Below, one piece after another: positions 26,675 to 39,190 of a DNA stretch of 64,000 nt. The DNA comes from an uncultured Christensenellaceae bacterium (GTDB lineage Bacteria > Bacillota > Clostridia > Christensenellales > CAG-1252). The DNA lies in the NCBI GenBank assembly GCA_964368645.1, contig CAYJBY010000011.1, positions 19,239-83,238 of the forward strand, read 5' to 3'. A program made the translations under genes and the position numbers. The number at the start of each line of letters is the position of its first letter. Position 1 is the stretch's first letter. Below the pieces are notes generated by a model that was not told where the DNA came from, searched no databases, and worked only from the letters and a program-made list of their open reading frames with translations.

Positions 26675-27918
26675 CCGCAATCGAAGAGATTTGTCGTTTA
26701 GCTAATCAATCCGCTTTTAAGTTGGCGGCTACTGATACGGCATACCGCAACGGTATGCTTTTAGCTATGGCCGACGCTATAGACGCGGCAGGCGAGCGTA
26801 TTTTGGCGGCGAACGCCGAGGATATGCGCACCGCGGAGAGCAACGGCAGAGATAAAGCCTTTTTGGACAGGCTTGCGCTTAACAACAAGCGTATTGCCGA
26901 TATGACCGCAGGTATCAGAGAGATTATCGCTCTTCCCGATCCTGTCGGCGAGGTTGTGGATCGTTGGACTATGCCCAACGGATTGGATATTTCCAAGGTA
27001 CGCGCTCCTATCGGCACTATCGCCATTATTTACGAGGCTCGCCCCAACGTAACCGCCGACGCGGTTGCTTTGTGCGTTAAGTCGGGTAATGCGGTTGTTT
27101 TAAGGGGAAGTAAAGACGCTTATTGCAGTAATACCGCGGTTTACGAGGTTATGCGCGAGGCTCTTTCCGCTCACGGCTATATTACCGACGCGGTGCAAAT
27201 GGTCGCCGCTAAGGAAAGAGAAGCCTCTGCGGAACTCTTAAAGCAGGGCAAATATATCGACGTGGTTATTCCGCGCGGCGGTGACGGACTGAAAAAGTAC
27301 GTTATCGATAACGCGACTATGCCTGTTATAGCGTCTGCCGGCGGCAACTGCCACGTTTACGTGGAGAAGACCGCGGATCTTGCTATGGCTCAGGCAGTCT
27401 TGTTTAATGCGAAATTATCCAGACCTTCCACCTGCAACGCTTGCGAACAGCTTTTAGTGGACAGAGCAATAGCGGCGAAATTTTTGCCTTCCGCACTTAA
27501 GGAACTTGCCGACGCAGGCGTGGAGATAAGGGGTTGCAGTGAGACCTGCGCCGTTTATCCTGCCGCAATGCCTGCCGCTGAAGAGGATTTTAAGACGGAA
27601 TTCCACGATTATATTATCGCGGTTAAGGTTGTAGAGGACGTAAACGAGGCGATTAACCGTATTAACGCCAACGGCAGTAAGCACAGCGAGGCGATTATGA
27701 CTACAAACGAGCAAGCCGCGGAAGCGTTTACCAAGGAGGTTGACGCGGCGGCGGTTTACGTCAACACCTCAACGCGTTTTACCGACGGTTTTCAGTTCGG
27801 TTTCGGTGCGGAGATGGGTATAAGCACCCAAAAACTCCACGCAAGAGGTCCTTTGGGCTTGAAGGAACTGACGTCAGCCCGTTATATTGTCAAGGGTAAC
27901 GGTCAGCTTAGAAAGTAA
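26671..27918 (+). CDS. proA: Gamma-glutamyl phosphate reductase
   Basis: [46 protein letters not shown]. Confidence 0.96.
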   Translation: MTAIEEICRLANQSAFKLAATDTAYRNGMLLAMADAIDAAGERILAANAEDMRTAESNGRDKAFLDRLALNNKRIADMTAGIREIIALPDPVGEVVDRWTMPNGLDISKVRAPIGTIAIIYEARPNVTADAVALCVKSGNAVVLRGSKDAYCSNTAVYEVMREALSAHGYITDAVQMVAAKEREASAELLKQGKYIDVVIPRGGDGLKKYVIDNATMPVIASAGGNCHVYVEKTADLAMAQAVLFNAKLSRPSTCNACEQLLVDRAIAAKFLPSALKELADAGVEIRGCSETCAVYPAAMPAAEEDFKTEFHDYIIAVKVVEDVNEAINRINANGSKHSEAIMTTNEQAAEAFTKEVDAAAVYVNTSTRFTDGFQFGFGAEMGISTQKLHARGPLGLKELTSARYIVKGNGQLRK

Positions 27919-27987
27919 TCACGAGTGACTTTTACTTTTTGATACGTCGAGGGCGGTGACTGCGGTACGCCGTAAACAGGAGAGGCT

Positions 27988-28578
27988 ATGTACGCTTATA
28001 TAAAAGGTATTCTAACCGGGATTTCCGAAGGGGCAATCACCGTGGAAGCAGGCGGAATCGGATATATCCTATTCGTCAGTAACAGTACGCTTTCCGAGCT
28101 TCCCAGACTTGAATCGCAGGTTAAAATTTATACCTATTTACACGTAAAAGAGGACGAAATGACGCTTTACGGCTTTAATACTGAGGCCGAAAAGCATTTT
28201 TTCTTAAAACTGATAGGCGTTTCGGGTATAGGACCTAAGCTGGCATTGAGTATTCTGTCGGGAGCGTCCTTGCAGAATCTGTCTGCGTCTATTATTTCGG
28301 GTGACACCAACACGCTATCGCAAATCAAGGGTATAGGCAAGAAGACGGCACAGCGTATCGTTTTGGAGCTTAAAGAAAGCTGCGGCGACGATGATACCGT
28401 AGTCGGACTTTCCTCAGGCGCCACGGGCGAGGACACCGTTATTACGGACAGCTTGGAAATACTAGAGGGTATGGGTGCGCCGCGCAGTGAGTGCTATGAC
28501 GCAGTTCTTAAGGCAAGAGCCGTGACGGACGACGTTACGGAGATTGTGAGAACGGTTCTTTTGGGAATGAATAAGTAA
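27988..28578 (+). CDS. ruvA: Holliday junction branch migration protein RuvA
   Basis: [28 protein letters not shown]. Confidence 0.96.
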   Translation: MYAYIKGILTGISEGAITVEAGGIGYILFVSNSTLSELPRLESQVKIYTYLHVKEDEMTLYGFNTEAEKHFFLKLIGVSGIGPKLALSILSGASLQNLSASIISGDTNTLSQIKGIGKKTAQRIVLELKESCGDDDTVVGLSSGATGEDTVITDSLEILEGMGAPRSECYDAVLKARAVTDDVTEIVRTVLLGMNK

Positions 28579-29598
28579 TGGCTAACGCAATGATTCAGAA
28601 CGACGAGCAGGATATTGCTTTAAGACCACAAACGCTGGACGAGTACGTGGGGCAGGATAAGATTAAGAACAATCTTAGAGTTTTTATCCACTCTGCGCTG
28701 AAGCGTAAGGACACTCTTGACCATATTCTGTTATACGGACCTCCCGGCTTGGGCAAAACCACGCTCGCTCATATAGTTGCAAAAGAGATGGGCTCCCAAA
28801 TCCGCGTTACTTCCGGCCCTGCTATAGAAAGAGCCGCGGACCTTGCGGCAATACTTACCAAACTGCAACCCGGCGACGTGCTTTTTATTGACGAAATTCA
28901 TCGCCTTAACAGGGTTATCGAGGAGATTTTATACCCTGCGATGGAGGATTATTCTTTAGATTTTGTAGTTGGCAAGGGACCTTCTGCGAAAAGTATCCGT
29001 ATGCCTTTGCCTAAGTTTACGCTTATCGGCGCGACAACCAGAGCAGGTATGCTTACCTCTCCGTTAAGAGACCGTTTCGGCGTTATGTGCAGACTGGAGC
29101 TTTACACTCCTGAACAGCTTAAGGATATTGTTATCCGCTCCGCGTCCTTGCTGAATATCGGCATCGATAAGCAATCCGCATTGGAAATCGCAAAAAGAAG
29201 CCGCGGCACTCCGCGAATCGCCAACAAACTCTTAAGGCGCATCAGGGATTTTGCGGAATTCGAGCAAGCCGAAGCGATAAGTCTGCCCATAGCGGATAAG
29301 GCGTTATCTTCCTTGGAAGTGGATGAGCTGGGCTTGGACTCCGTTGACAGGCACATTCTCAATTCGATTATTGTTCGTTATAACGGCGGTCCCGTGGGGT
29401 TGGATACTTTATCCGCTTCAACAGGCGAGGACGCCAATACGATAGAGGACGTTTACGAGCCGTATTTGATGCAAATCGGCTTTGTCGCACGTACGCCGAG
29501 GGGCAGAATCGCTCTTGCTCCCTGTTACAGACATTTGGGCTTCAAAATACCCGAAGACAAGACGGAACAGCTTAGTATGTTCGACAAGAAGGACACAG

Positions 29599-29609
<11 letters not shown>
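28578..29609 (+). CDS. ruvB: Holliday junction helicase RuvB
   Basis: [36 protein letters not shown]. Confidence 0.97.
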
Positions 29610-31736
<2,127 letters not shown>

Positions 31737-31872
31737 ATTTAAGTTTCGTTTAACAGTTTGCCATTATACTGGTTATTATTAAACGGTTCGACAAAAATAA
31801 AAGGTTAATTTAGTTGCTTATTTGTGCGCCGATAGTTTAATATTAATATAGAGAGTTATAAGGAGATAATCA

Positions 31873-32322
31873 ATGAATAATTTACTGTTAGCTAATCTTA
31901 CTTCAATTATACTTTACGTTGTTTTAGGCGTAATGTTAGTTGCAATGATAGTTTTCCCTATGTTTTCCAACAAAAAACGTCAAAAGCAGTATTCCGAGAT
32001 GCAGAACGCTCTTCGTCCCGGTACTCGCGTTATGACTATTGGCAGACTGATCGGCAAGGTTGTTAAGGTTTATAGTGACAACACTATCGAGCTGGACATC
32101 GGCACCGAGGGCAATCCCGTCATTATCGTGGTTAACCGCGAAGCAATAGGCGTTAATCTTGACGCACAACCTACTCCCGTCAACAAGACCGAGAAGAAGG
32201 AAGTTAAGGAGAAGGAGCCTGTTATCACCGACGCTCCCGTCACCGAAGAGAACGCTGAGACAGCTACAGAGGCGAAGTCCGAAGAGGCTTCTGCTTACAA
32301 GGCTGACGACGACGCAATCTAA
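31873..32322 (+). CDS. yajC: Preprotein translocase subunit YajC (acidic tail)
   Basis: Single TM then LRPGTRVMTIGRLIG; follows tgt. Confidence 0.9.
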   Translation: MNNLLLANLTSIILYVVLGVMLVAMIVFPMFSNKKRQKQYSEMQNALRPGTRVMTIGRLIGKVVKVYSDNTIELDIGTEGNPVIIVVNREAIGVNLDAQPTPVNKTEKKEVKEKEPVITDAPVTEENAETATEAKSEEASAYKADDDAI

Positions 32323-32347
32323 GTTTTAGATTCTTTAGCTTAATCTG

Positions 32348-32380
32348 ATATGACCGCCCATAAAGCGGTCATATTTTTTT
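32348..32380 (+). terminator. Terminator after yajC
   Basis: ATATGACCGC-CCATAAA-GCGGTCATAT-TTTTTT. Confidence 0.85.
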
Positions 32381-32412
32381 ATCCTTAGGCATAAGGTATT
32401 GCGGAGGTGCTT

Positions 32413-32835
32413 ATGGAAAAGGGTAGTATTAAGCATTGGATTTTCGATATATTGAAAAGTTTGCTGTTTTCTTTGCTGATATCCACCGTATTGGTGCTGG
32501 TATTGGCTTTGATTTCCACATTTACGCAAATCTCGGATAAAGCGGTAACAATCATAAATCAAATAATCAAGGTGATAAGCCTGCCGATAGGCTGTCTTTT
32601 AGGTATAAAAAGTCAAAAAAACGGATTGATTTTAGGCTTGATAATCGGAATTCTTTACGTAGTCCTTTCCTTTGGAATTTTCTCGCTCATAAGCGGAGAA
32701 TTAAAGTTTTCGGACGTTACCTTATATGACTTTTTAATCGGAATAGGCGTAGGTGCTGTCGGCGGAATATTGGCGGTAAACGTCAAGGGGCTGGGCAAGC
32801 ACGGTAAACGGTCAGCGAAGGCGGTCAGAAGCTAA
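32413..32835 (+). CDS. TIGR04086/YrzE-like 4-TM membrane protein
   Basis: Four hydrophobic helices, KNGLILGLIIGILY, GGILAVN; position after yajC. Confidence 0.75.
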   Translation: MEKGSIKHWIFDILKSLLFSLLISTVLVLVLALISTFTQISDKAVTIINQIIKVISLPIGCLLGIKSQKNGLILGLIIGILYVVLSFGIFSLISGELKFSDVTLYDFLIGIGVGAVGGILAVNVKGLGKHGKRSAKAVRS

Positions 32836-32924
32836 GTTTTTTTACTTGATTTGGGGACTTAGAATAGCGGCATCGAACTTTTGCCAAACCGCGTAAAGGT
32901 GAGAAATACACTGCAAATGCAAGG

Positions 32925-33285
32925 AACATAATCCGTAAAAGCATATAGCTCGTAAAGTAACCTAGTCCATAAAAATCTATAGCATAAAAACGTATAACAT
33001 AAAAACGTATAACATAAAAACGTATAACATAAAAGAGTATAACATAAGTACAAAATAGTTCATAAAAATAAGTAACTTAGTCCTTATAAACAAAAGGGCA
33101 TATAGTTCGTAAAGACGCACGGTTTATAAAGTATCGCAGCTTATATAGCAAAAGGTAATACAGTCGTAAAAGATATGTAGTTTGCAAAAACATACAATCC
33201 GTAAAGGCACATAGCAAATCCTAAAAGACACTGGCAAATCGTAAAGGTATGAGTTCGTAAAGTCAACGGCATAAGTTCGTAATTG
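32925..33285. repeat. Degenerate ~17-bp A-rich tandem repeat field (consensus about GCATATAGTTCGTAAAG)
   Basis: Units catatagctcgtaaag, catatagttcgtaaag, catacaatccgtaaagg, tatgagttcgtaaag, cataagttcgtaa. Confidence 0.7.
32968..33047. repeat. 15-bp tandem repeat, about 5 copies (CATAAAAACGTATAA)
   Basis: Three perfect copies 32983-33027 flanked by variants CATAAAAATCTATAG and CATAAAAGAGTATAA. Confidence 0.92.
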
Positions 33286-33513
33286 TATGGGTTGGTGAAA
33301 GTGAATAGCCTGTATTACTCAATTGTCCTCGGCAAAAAGCAGGGCGTTATCTACATAAATGCCGGCTCTGCCATATCAAAAAAATCTTGTAAAACCATTT
33401 TTTCTACTAAAGACCTTTCAACAAAAGGTAGCGACAAAAACAAAATCCGAAAGTAATTCTCGGCTTCCTTAATGCAACAAAAACAGTGATAATTGTTTAC
33501 GCTAATCAATAGT

Positions 33514-33543
33514 AAGTCTTGCCGATAACGGCAGGGCTTTTTT
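33514..33543 (+). terminator. Intrinsic terminator upstream of the secD promoter
   Basis: AAGTCTTGCCG-ATAA-CGGCAGGGCTT-TTTT. Confidence 0.8.
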
Positions 33544-33667
33544 GACATAAAACCGTTTGTTGAGGGATTTTGAGGTTTTATGTATTGGTATGTAAGTGAT
33601 AACCTTCATTTTTTATAAAGTTTTTATATTATATATATAATAGAGTCCATTTTTTCTTAAAATTCCA

Positions 33668-33696
33668 TTGACTAATAGGTATTAAAAATATATAAT
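33668..33696 (+). promoter_or_regulatory. Sigma-A promoter of secDF
   Basis: TTGACT-17-TATAAT. Confidence 0.75.
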
Positions 33697-33729
33697 TAAT
33701 TAGCATATTATGTGCAGGAGGCAATTTTT

Positions 33730-35085
33730 GTGACTAAAACTAAAGCTATCGTGGTATTAGTCATTGTCGGTATCCTGTTAATCTTCGGAACGGTTTTCGC
33801 TTTCGTGTCACTTGACAAGGGCGAGCTCGGTCTCAACGATTATATAGCATACCCCAATAACATTTCGCTCGGTCTTGACCTTTCCGGCGGCGTTTACGCC
33901 ATCTATGAGGCTTCCGGCGATAATACCGACAATCTGGATACCAGAATGGACGGCACAGTCCAGAGTTTGAGCGACCTTTTGTTTGATAAGGGCTATACCG
34001 AGGCAACGGTAGAGCGTCAGGGCGACGACCGCATAAGAGTCGAGGTTCCCGACGTTTCCGATCCCGAAACCCTTTTCGCCATCATCGGTAAGCCCGCATC
34101 TTTAGCTTTCCGTAAAGAAAGCACGAAGGACGCACTAACTGAGGATTCCGAGCCTTACGTAACAGGCGACGACGTAGAACAGGCAGGCGTTACTTACAAT
34201 AACGAGACCGGTTACTACGAAGTAGCTCTTAAGTTCACGTCCGAAGGTTCTAAGAAGTTTTCTGCGGCGACCACCGAGTGCAAGGGCAGTACGATTTCGA
34301 TTTGGATTAATAACGAGCCTGTTATCAGTCCTACCGTCAGCGATACGATTTCCACCGGCACGGCGAGCATTTCCGGCAAATATACCTACGAACAGGCATA
34401 TGAGCTTGCAACACAGATTCAAGCAGGTGCGTTTGACGTTGAGTTGAGCTTGGTCGAAAGCAGTACCATCAGTCCCTCCCTTGGCAAAACCGCTTTGCAG
34501 TCTGCCGTAATCGCAGGTTTGGTTGGTCTTGCATTGATTATCGTTTACCTCTGCGTGCTTTACAGATTGTTGGGCGTTTGCGGCGGTATCGCGCTTTGCT
34601 GGTACTCAATCACTTATATCTTCTTCCTGTCGATATTCCCTTGGGTTCAGCTTACCATCAGCGGCGTTGCAGGTGTTATCTTAAGTATAGGTATGGCTGT
34701 TGACGCTAACATCATTATCTTCTCCCGTATCAAGGACGAGTTCCGTAACGTAGGCGTTTCTCCCATAGCAACAGGAGAGAAAGGCGATATTACAGGCAAG
34801 TTTGCAACTGACAAATCTGTTCATACCGCGGTTAAGGACGGTTACCGTAAGAGCTTATCCGCTATTTTGGACGGCAATATCACTACTATATTAGGTTGTA
34901 TCGTTATGCTCTTCGTCGGCGGTAGCGCAATTAAGAGCTTTGCGATTACACTTATGATCGGTATCGTTATTTCTCTGATCTCCTCCATTTTGGTTTCCAG
35001 ACTTCTGGTTTCCTGTATGCTGGCGTTCACCAAGAGTAAGCCTGTCTTATACAGCTTGAGCAGAGGAGGTACCATCAATGAGTAA
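33730..35085 (+). CDS. secD: Protein translocase subunit SecD
   Basis: LGLDLSGG, ISPSLG, IGMAVDANIIIF, ILDGNITT; GTG start after GGAGG. Confidence 0.95.
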   Translation: MTKTKAIVVLVIVGILLIFGTVFAFVSLDKGELGLNDYIAYPNNISLGLDLSGGVYAIYEASGDNTDNLDTRMDGTVQSLSDLLFDKGYTEATVERQGDDRIRVEVPDVSDPETLFAIIGKPASLAFRKESTKDALTEDSEPYVTGDDVEQAGVTYNNETGYYEVALKFTSEGSKKFSAATTECKGSTISIWINNEPVISPTVSDTISTGTASISGKYTYEQAYELATQIQAGAFDVELSLVESSTISPSLGKTALQSAVIAGLVGLALIIVYLCVLYRLLGVCGGIALCWYSITYIFFLSIFPWVQLTISGVAGVILSIGMAVDANIIIFSRIKDEFRNVGVSPIATGEKGDITGKFATDKSVHTAVKDGYRKSLSAILDGNITTILGCIVMLFVGGSAIKSFAITLMIGIVISLISSILVSRLLVSCMLAFTKSKPVLYSLSRGGTINE

Positions 35086-36184
35086 GTTATCTTCTAAGTT
35101 CCTTTCATTCTCCGATAACTTCAATATCACTAAGAAAAGAATGATTTTCTTCCTGATACCCGTAGTTGTCATACTTGTTATGATTATTGCCTTTGCGGCG
35201 TTCGCTATAACCGGCGGTGCGTTCTCCAAGGGTATCAACCTGAGCCTTGATTTCACAGGCGGCACCAGTGTCAGCGTTAAACTTGATAATCTGGACAATA
35301 ACGACGTTTTCAATGCGGAATCCGCAAAGATCGTTAAGATTATCAACGACGCAGGCTATGCTTGCAGTGAACCTCAGCTTTCGGGTAGCGGACTGGACGC
35401 GGCTATTTACATCAAATATCAGAACGAGAACGATAATATCGGTACGACCAATGCTCAAATCGTTGAGAAAATCGAAGAATTGTATCCTGACCTTGTTTTC
35501 GGAGAAGATATTACGGTAGATGCAATCAGCAGCTCCGCGGCAACCAGACTTGTCAAAGAAGCTCTTATCGCTATCGCAGTTATTTGGGCGGTAATATTCG
35601 TATATATCCTAATAAGATTTGAGTTGTGGAGCGGTTTAGCGGCTTTAATCGGCTTGATTCACGACGTTATTATGATGGTATGCTTTACTATCATCTGTCA
35701 CATTGAGGTCAACATTACTTACGTTGCCGCGATTATAACCATTATCGCTTACTCCATCAACAATACGATAATTGTTTTCGACAGAGTAAGAGAACACGTC
35801 AAGATGGCTCCTTTGGACTTAAAGAGCAATACGGTTGAGTTCGTAGTTAACAAATCCACCGGTGAAATGCTTGGCAGATCTATCGGTACTACAGTTACGA
35901 CTTTAATACCTATTATATTGCTTGCGTGTATCGGTTCCTCTTCTCTGCAAGTGTTCGCATTACCTATAATGTTCGGTTTGCTTGCAGGCACGTATTCTTC
36001 AATCTTTATTTCTCCTAACCTGTACGTTCTGTTCAAGGGCGCAAGAGTTAAGAAGCTGGCGACCGGATATGTTGGTGCGGTTAAGACAACCGAAGGCGGT
36101 ACGCCTGTTGCTACTGCGACTGATAAGGCTAAAGCAAAGAAAGCTAACACCTCTAAGGTCTATAAAAAGTACAAGAAAAAGTAA
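35078..36184 (+). CDS. secF: Protein translocase subunit SecF
   Basis: LSLDFTGG, LIHDV, YSINNTIIVFDRVRE, GTYSSIF. Confidence 0.95.
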   Translation: MSKLSSKFLSFSDNFNITKKRMIFFLIPVVVILVMIIAFAAFAITGGAFSKGINLSLDFTGGTSVSVKLDNLDNNDVFNAESAKIVKIINDAGYACSEPQLSGSGLDAAIYIKYQNENDNIGTTNAQIVEKIEELYPDLVFGEDITVDAISSSAATRLVKEALIAIAVIWAVIFVYILIRFELWSGLAALIGLIHDVIMMVCFTIICHIEVNITYVAAIITIIAYSINNTIIVFDRVREHVKMAPLDLKSNTVEFVVNKSTGEMLGRSIGTTVTTLIPIILLACIGSSSLQVFALPIMFGLLAGTYSSIFISPNLYVLFKGARVKKLATGYVGAVKTTEGGTPVATATDKAKAKKANTSKVYKKYKKK

Positions 36185-36188
36185 AATG

Positions 36189-36219
36189 AAAGGGGTGTTG
36201 TTAAAGGCACCCCTTTTTC
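36189..36219 (+). terminator. Terminator after secF
   Basis: AAAGGGGTG..CACCCCTTTTT. Confidence 0.8.
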
Positions 36220-36280
36220 TTATTCTCACTTTTGTCTGCGCGGTTACACGCGCAGATTAAAGCTATAATACGGAAGTATA

Positions 36281-38632
36281 ATGATTGATAATATAACGAA
36301 AACCACCGATATTAACCCAGAGGTTGAACATCTCGCCGAAAAACTTGGCGTGGCGCAGGAGATTGCCGCCATACTTTTTGCACGAGGTATAACCGAACAG
36401 CTTGATGCGGAGAAGTTTTTGCACCCTTCCGAAAAAGATTTGACGTCACCCTTCGTTTTGGAAAATATCGACGAGGTAGTGGAGCGAATCAGGGAAGCTA
36501 TCGATAATCAACAGCATATCGTCATTTTCGGCGACTACGACTGCGACGGTATATGCGCAACGGCGATACTGAAGCTGTACTTTAAGAGCGTAGGGGTAGA
36601 ATGCGACTATTTTATTCCCACCAGAGCGGACGGGTACGGCTTAAGTCAAGCCGCTTTGGAAAAGATTGCCGACGATTATAATCCCGATTTGCTGATTACA
36701 GTCGATTGCGGTGTTACAGCGATAGAGGAGATTGAGTTTATTACGGACGTTTTGGGCTTTGACGTTATAGTTACCGACCACCACGAGCCGTACGAGGAGC
36801 TTCCGCAGTGTCTTATTCTCAATGCGAAATGCACCCCCGACAGTCCCTTGCGTAATATTTGCGGTGCAGGGCTTGCATTTAAGCTTGTTGAGGCATTAGC
36901 AGGGCGTGAAAAAGCGATGGAATATATAGATATCGCTTGTTTGGCAACTCTTGCTGACGTAGTTCCTTTAATCGGGGAGAACCGTATAATTGCATCAATC
37001 GGACTGAAAAAAATAAACAAAAGAGATAGACTAGGTATCAAATTACTTGCAGAATCGGCGTCTATTGAGAAGGTAACCGCACAGGATATCGGATTTAGAC
37101 TTGCACCTCGGATTAACGCGGCAGGTCGTCTTGGTGATGCGCAAAAAATCGTAGAATTATTCACGTCGGAGGAGCATTTTGAGCTTGACGTAATAGTGGC
37201 AGGCTTGAACAGCAATAACCTCAAAAGACAACAGCTTACCAAAAAGGTTTATGAGGATTCCCTTGTTTATCTAAAGGACTACGATCTGCTTAACAACAGG
37301 ATTATAATCTTGGACAGTCCTCAGTGGGAAAGCGGCATACTTGGAATAGTTGCGGCTAGGCTTGCAGAGGAGTTTCACCGTCCGACAATCCTATTTAATT
37401 CCCAAACGGAGTTTCTTAAGGGCTCGGCACGCAGTATAGACGGCGTTAATATCTTCGAGTGTATTAACAGTTGCGGTGATTTACTTATGGATTACGGCGG
37501 TCACTACGGCGCAGCAGGCTTAACCGTCAATACATCAAAATATTTTTCTTTCCGAAAAAGAATAAACGAATACATTGAACATACCTATCCTCAACAACTT
37601 TTCTTACCCTCATACCGATTTGATATTGAGGTGGATAAAAGGCACGATAGAGCGTTTTTTAAGCAGCTTGCTATGCTTGAGCCTACAGGTGAAGCTAATC
37701 CTGCGCCGCTTTTGGCATTACAGCTTTCGGAAATCAAGCCCTCGTTGCTTAACGGAGTACACGTTAAGGCAAGGCTTAACGCCGATACGGACGTAATGGC
37801 TTTCAGCAGAGGGTATATTATGAAAGCTCGCGCGGTTAATTCGGATATGACCTTGATCGGCGATGCTAATTTCCGCACCTATGCCAACAGAGATTATATC
37901 CAAATCGGCATCAACGACACGGTGGTTACCTCTCTTGACAACGCATACGATTCGGCGGAGAGCTTCGGCTGTTATCTGAAAACCGCTTTGATGGGCGCGG
38001 CAAGTGACTTTAATATGAAGCCTGTTGCCGAAAACGACCTTATCGATAAGGACGGCTATTACGGTAATCTGTATATTGCATTCAGCGCGGAGACAGCGGC
38101 AGAATTTCTTAAACAATCGGCGGAGGTGCCCTCTGCTGTAATATCGGTAAACGTAGGCAAAGCCGACCTTAATCCGCTTAACAGACTATTGCTTTGTCCT
38201 GATAACGCGGATTGTCTTGCGTACTATGAGCGCATTGTTTTCCTTGACGCTCCGCTTTCAACGGGATATATGAAGTATTGCGCTAAGCAGACTAAGGGCG
38301 AGTTGCTTTACCGCAAGAAGTATGCTTTTCTGCCGAAAATAGCGACGATAGATACGACTATTGAAGCAGTAAAGGACACTTACGAGGTGTTGCTCCATTA
38401 CTATACCATCGCAGGCAGAGCCACCGATATAGGGGAGCTGTACAGCAAACTTATAAGGTTTGATTACAGAAAGGACGCCTATACCTTTATCACTCATTTT
38501 TATACCCTGTTTGACGCAGACATATTGAAAATCGAGGACGGATTTAATATAACGGTATCCAAGAAATTTGCGCTTGATTCGGACTGCTCCAGAGTGCTGA
38601 AAACGATTAACGCGCTGAAAAAACTGTGCTGA
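36281..38632 (+). CDS. recJ: ssDNA exonuclease RecJ
   Basis: GDYDCDG, TVDCG, TDHH, APRINAAGRL, GSARS, GGH. Confidence 0.95.
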   Translation: MIDNITKTTDINPEVEHLAEKLGVAQEIAAILFARGITEQLDAEKFLHPSEKDLTSPFVLENIDEVVERIREAIDNQQHIVIFGDYDCDGICATAILKLYFKSVGVECDYFIPTRADGYGLSQAALEKIADDYNPDLLITVDCGVTAIEEIEFITDVLGFDVIVTDHHEPYEELPQCLILNAKCTPDSPLRNICGAGLAFKLVEALAGREKAMEYIDIACLATLADVVPLIGENRIIASIGLKKINKRDRLGIKLLAESASIEKVTAQDIGFRLAPRINAAGRLGDAQKIVELFTSEEHFELDVIVAGLNSNNLKRQQLTKKVYEDSLVYLKDYDLLNNRIIILDSPQWESGILGIVAARLAEEFHRPTILFNSQTEFLKGSARSIDGVNIFECINSCGDLLMDYGGHYGAAGLTVNTSKYFSFRKRINEYIEHTYPQQLFLPSYRFDIEVDKRHDRAFFKQLAMLEPTGEANPAPLLALQLSEIKPSLLNGVHVKARLNADTDVMAFSRGYIMKARAVNSDMTLIGDANFRTYANRDYIQIGINDTVVTSLDNAYDSAESFGCYLKTALMGAASDFNMKPVAENDLIDKDGYYGNLYIAFSAETAAEFLKQSAEVPSAVISVNVGKADLNPLNRLLLCPDNADCLAYYERIVFLDAPLSTGYMKYCAKQTKGELLYRKKYAFLPKIATIDTTIEAVKDTYEVLLHYYTIAGRATDIGELYSKLIRFDYRKDAYTFITHFYTLFDADILKIEDGFNITVSKKFALDSDCSRVLKTINALKKLC

Positions 38633-38737
38633 CGGACGGCAAAATGGATATTCTGTTGTGCGTGATATGGATTAATTCGGTTAGTCGGTCGATATTTGTC
38701 GCGGCACAGCCGACTGATATATAAGGATTATTAGATA

Positions 38738-39190
38738 ATGAAATGTATTATACAAAGAGTTAAGGAAGCATCAGTTGTAATCGACGGCAAAAAGGTTGCC
38801 GATATGGGAAAAGGACTTTTGGTTTACGTTGGATTTCGCCGTGAGGATAAGGAAATCGACGTGGATTTTCTTTTAGACCGCATTAAAAAGATACGTATTT
38901 TCGAGGACGCCGAGGGCAAACTGAATTTAGCTTTGTCGGACGTAGGCGCAGGGATACTTCTAGTTCCAAATTTTACGCTTTACGCGGACGCATTTACGGG
39001 GCGCAGACCTTCCTTTACCCAAGCAATGGGCTTTGAAGACGGCAAAAAACTGTTTGATTACACCGTAAGACAAGCCGCAGAAATTTGCGTTGGGTGCGGC
39101 GTTTTCGGCGCGGATATGCAAGTTAATTCCGTGGGCGACGGTCCAATCAATATCATTATCGAAAGCTGTGAGGGCAAGGCGAAGCTATGA
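38738..39190 (+). CDS. dtd: D-aminoacyl-tRNA deacylase
   Basis: IQRVKEASV, RIFED, NFTL, GRRPSF, FGADMQV...DGP. Confidence 0.93.
   Translation: MKCIIQRVKEASVVIDGKKVADMGKGLLVYVGFRREDKEIDVDFLLDRIKKIRIFEDAEGKLNLALSDVGAGILLVPNFTLYADAFTGRRPSFTQAMGFEDGKKLFDYTVRQAAEICVGCGVFGADMQVNSVGDGPINIIIESCEGKAKL

Noticed and set aside
31787-31793. Spo0A box TTCGACA upstream of yajC
   Set aside because: A single 7-mer is expected several times by chance in 64 kb and has no supporting context.
32859-33053. Minus-strand ORF with CYTFL pentapeptide repeats as a Cys-rich peptide or SCIFF substitute
   Set aside because: It is the translation of the 15-bp DNA repeat, has no SD and does not match SCIFF Cys spacing.
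33200-33350. c-di-GMP riboswitch suggested by GGCAAA/GCAAA words
   Set aside because: The required paired stems and GNRA tetraloop/receptor are absent; the words belong to the repeat field.
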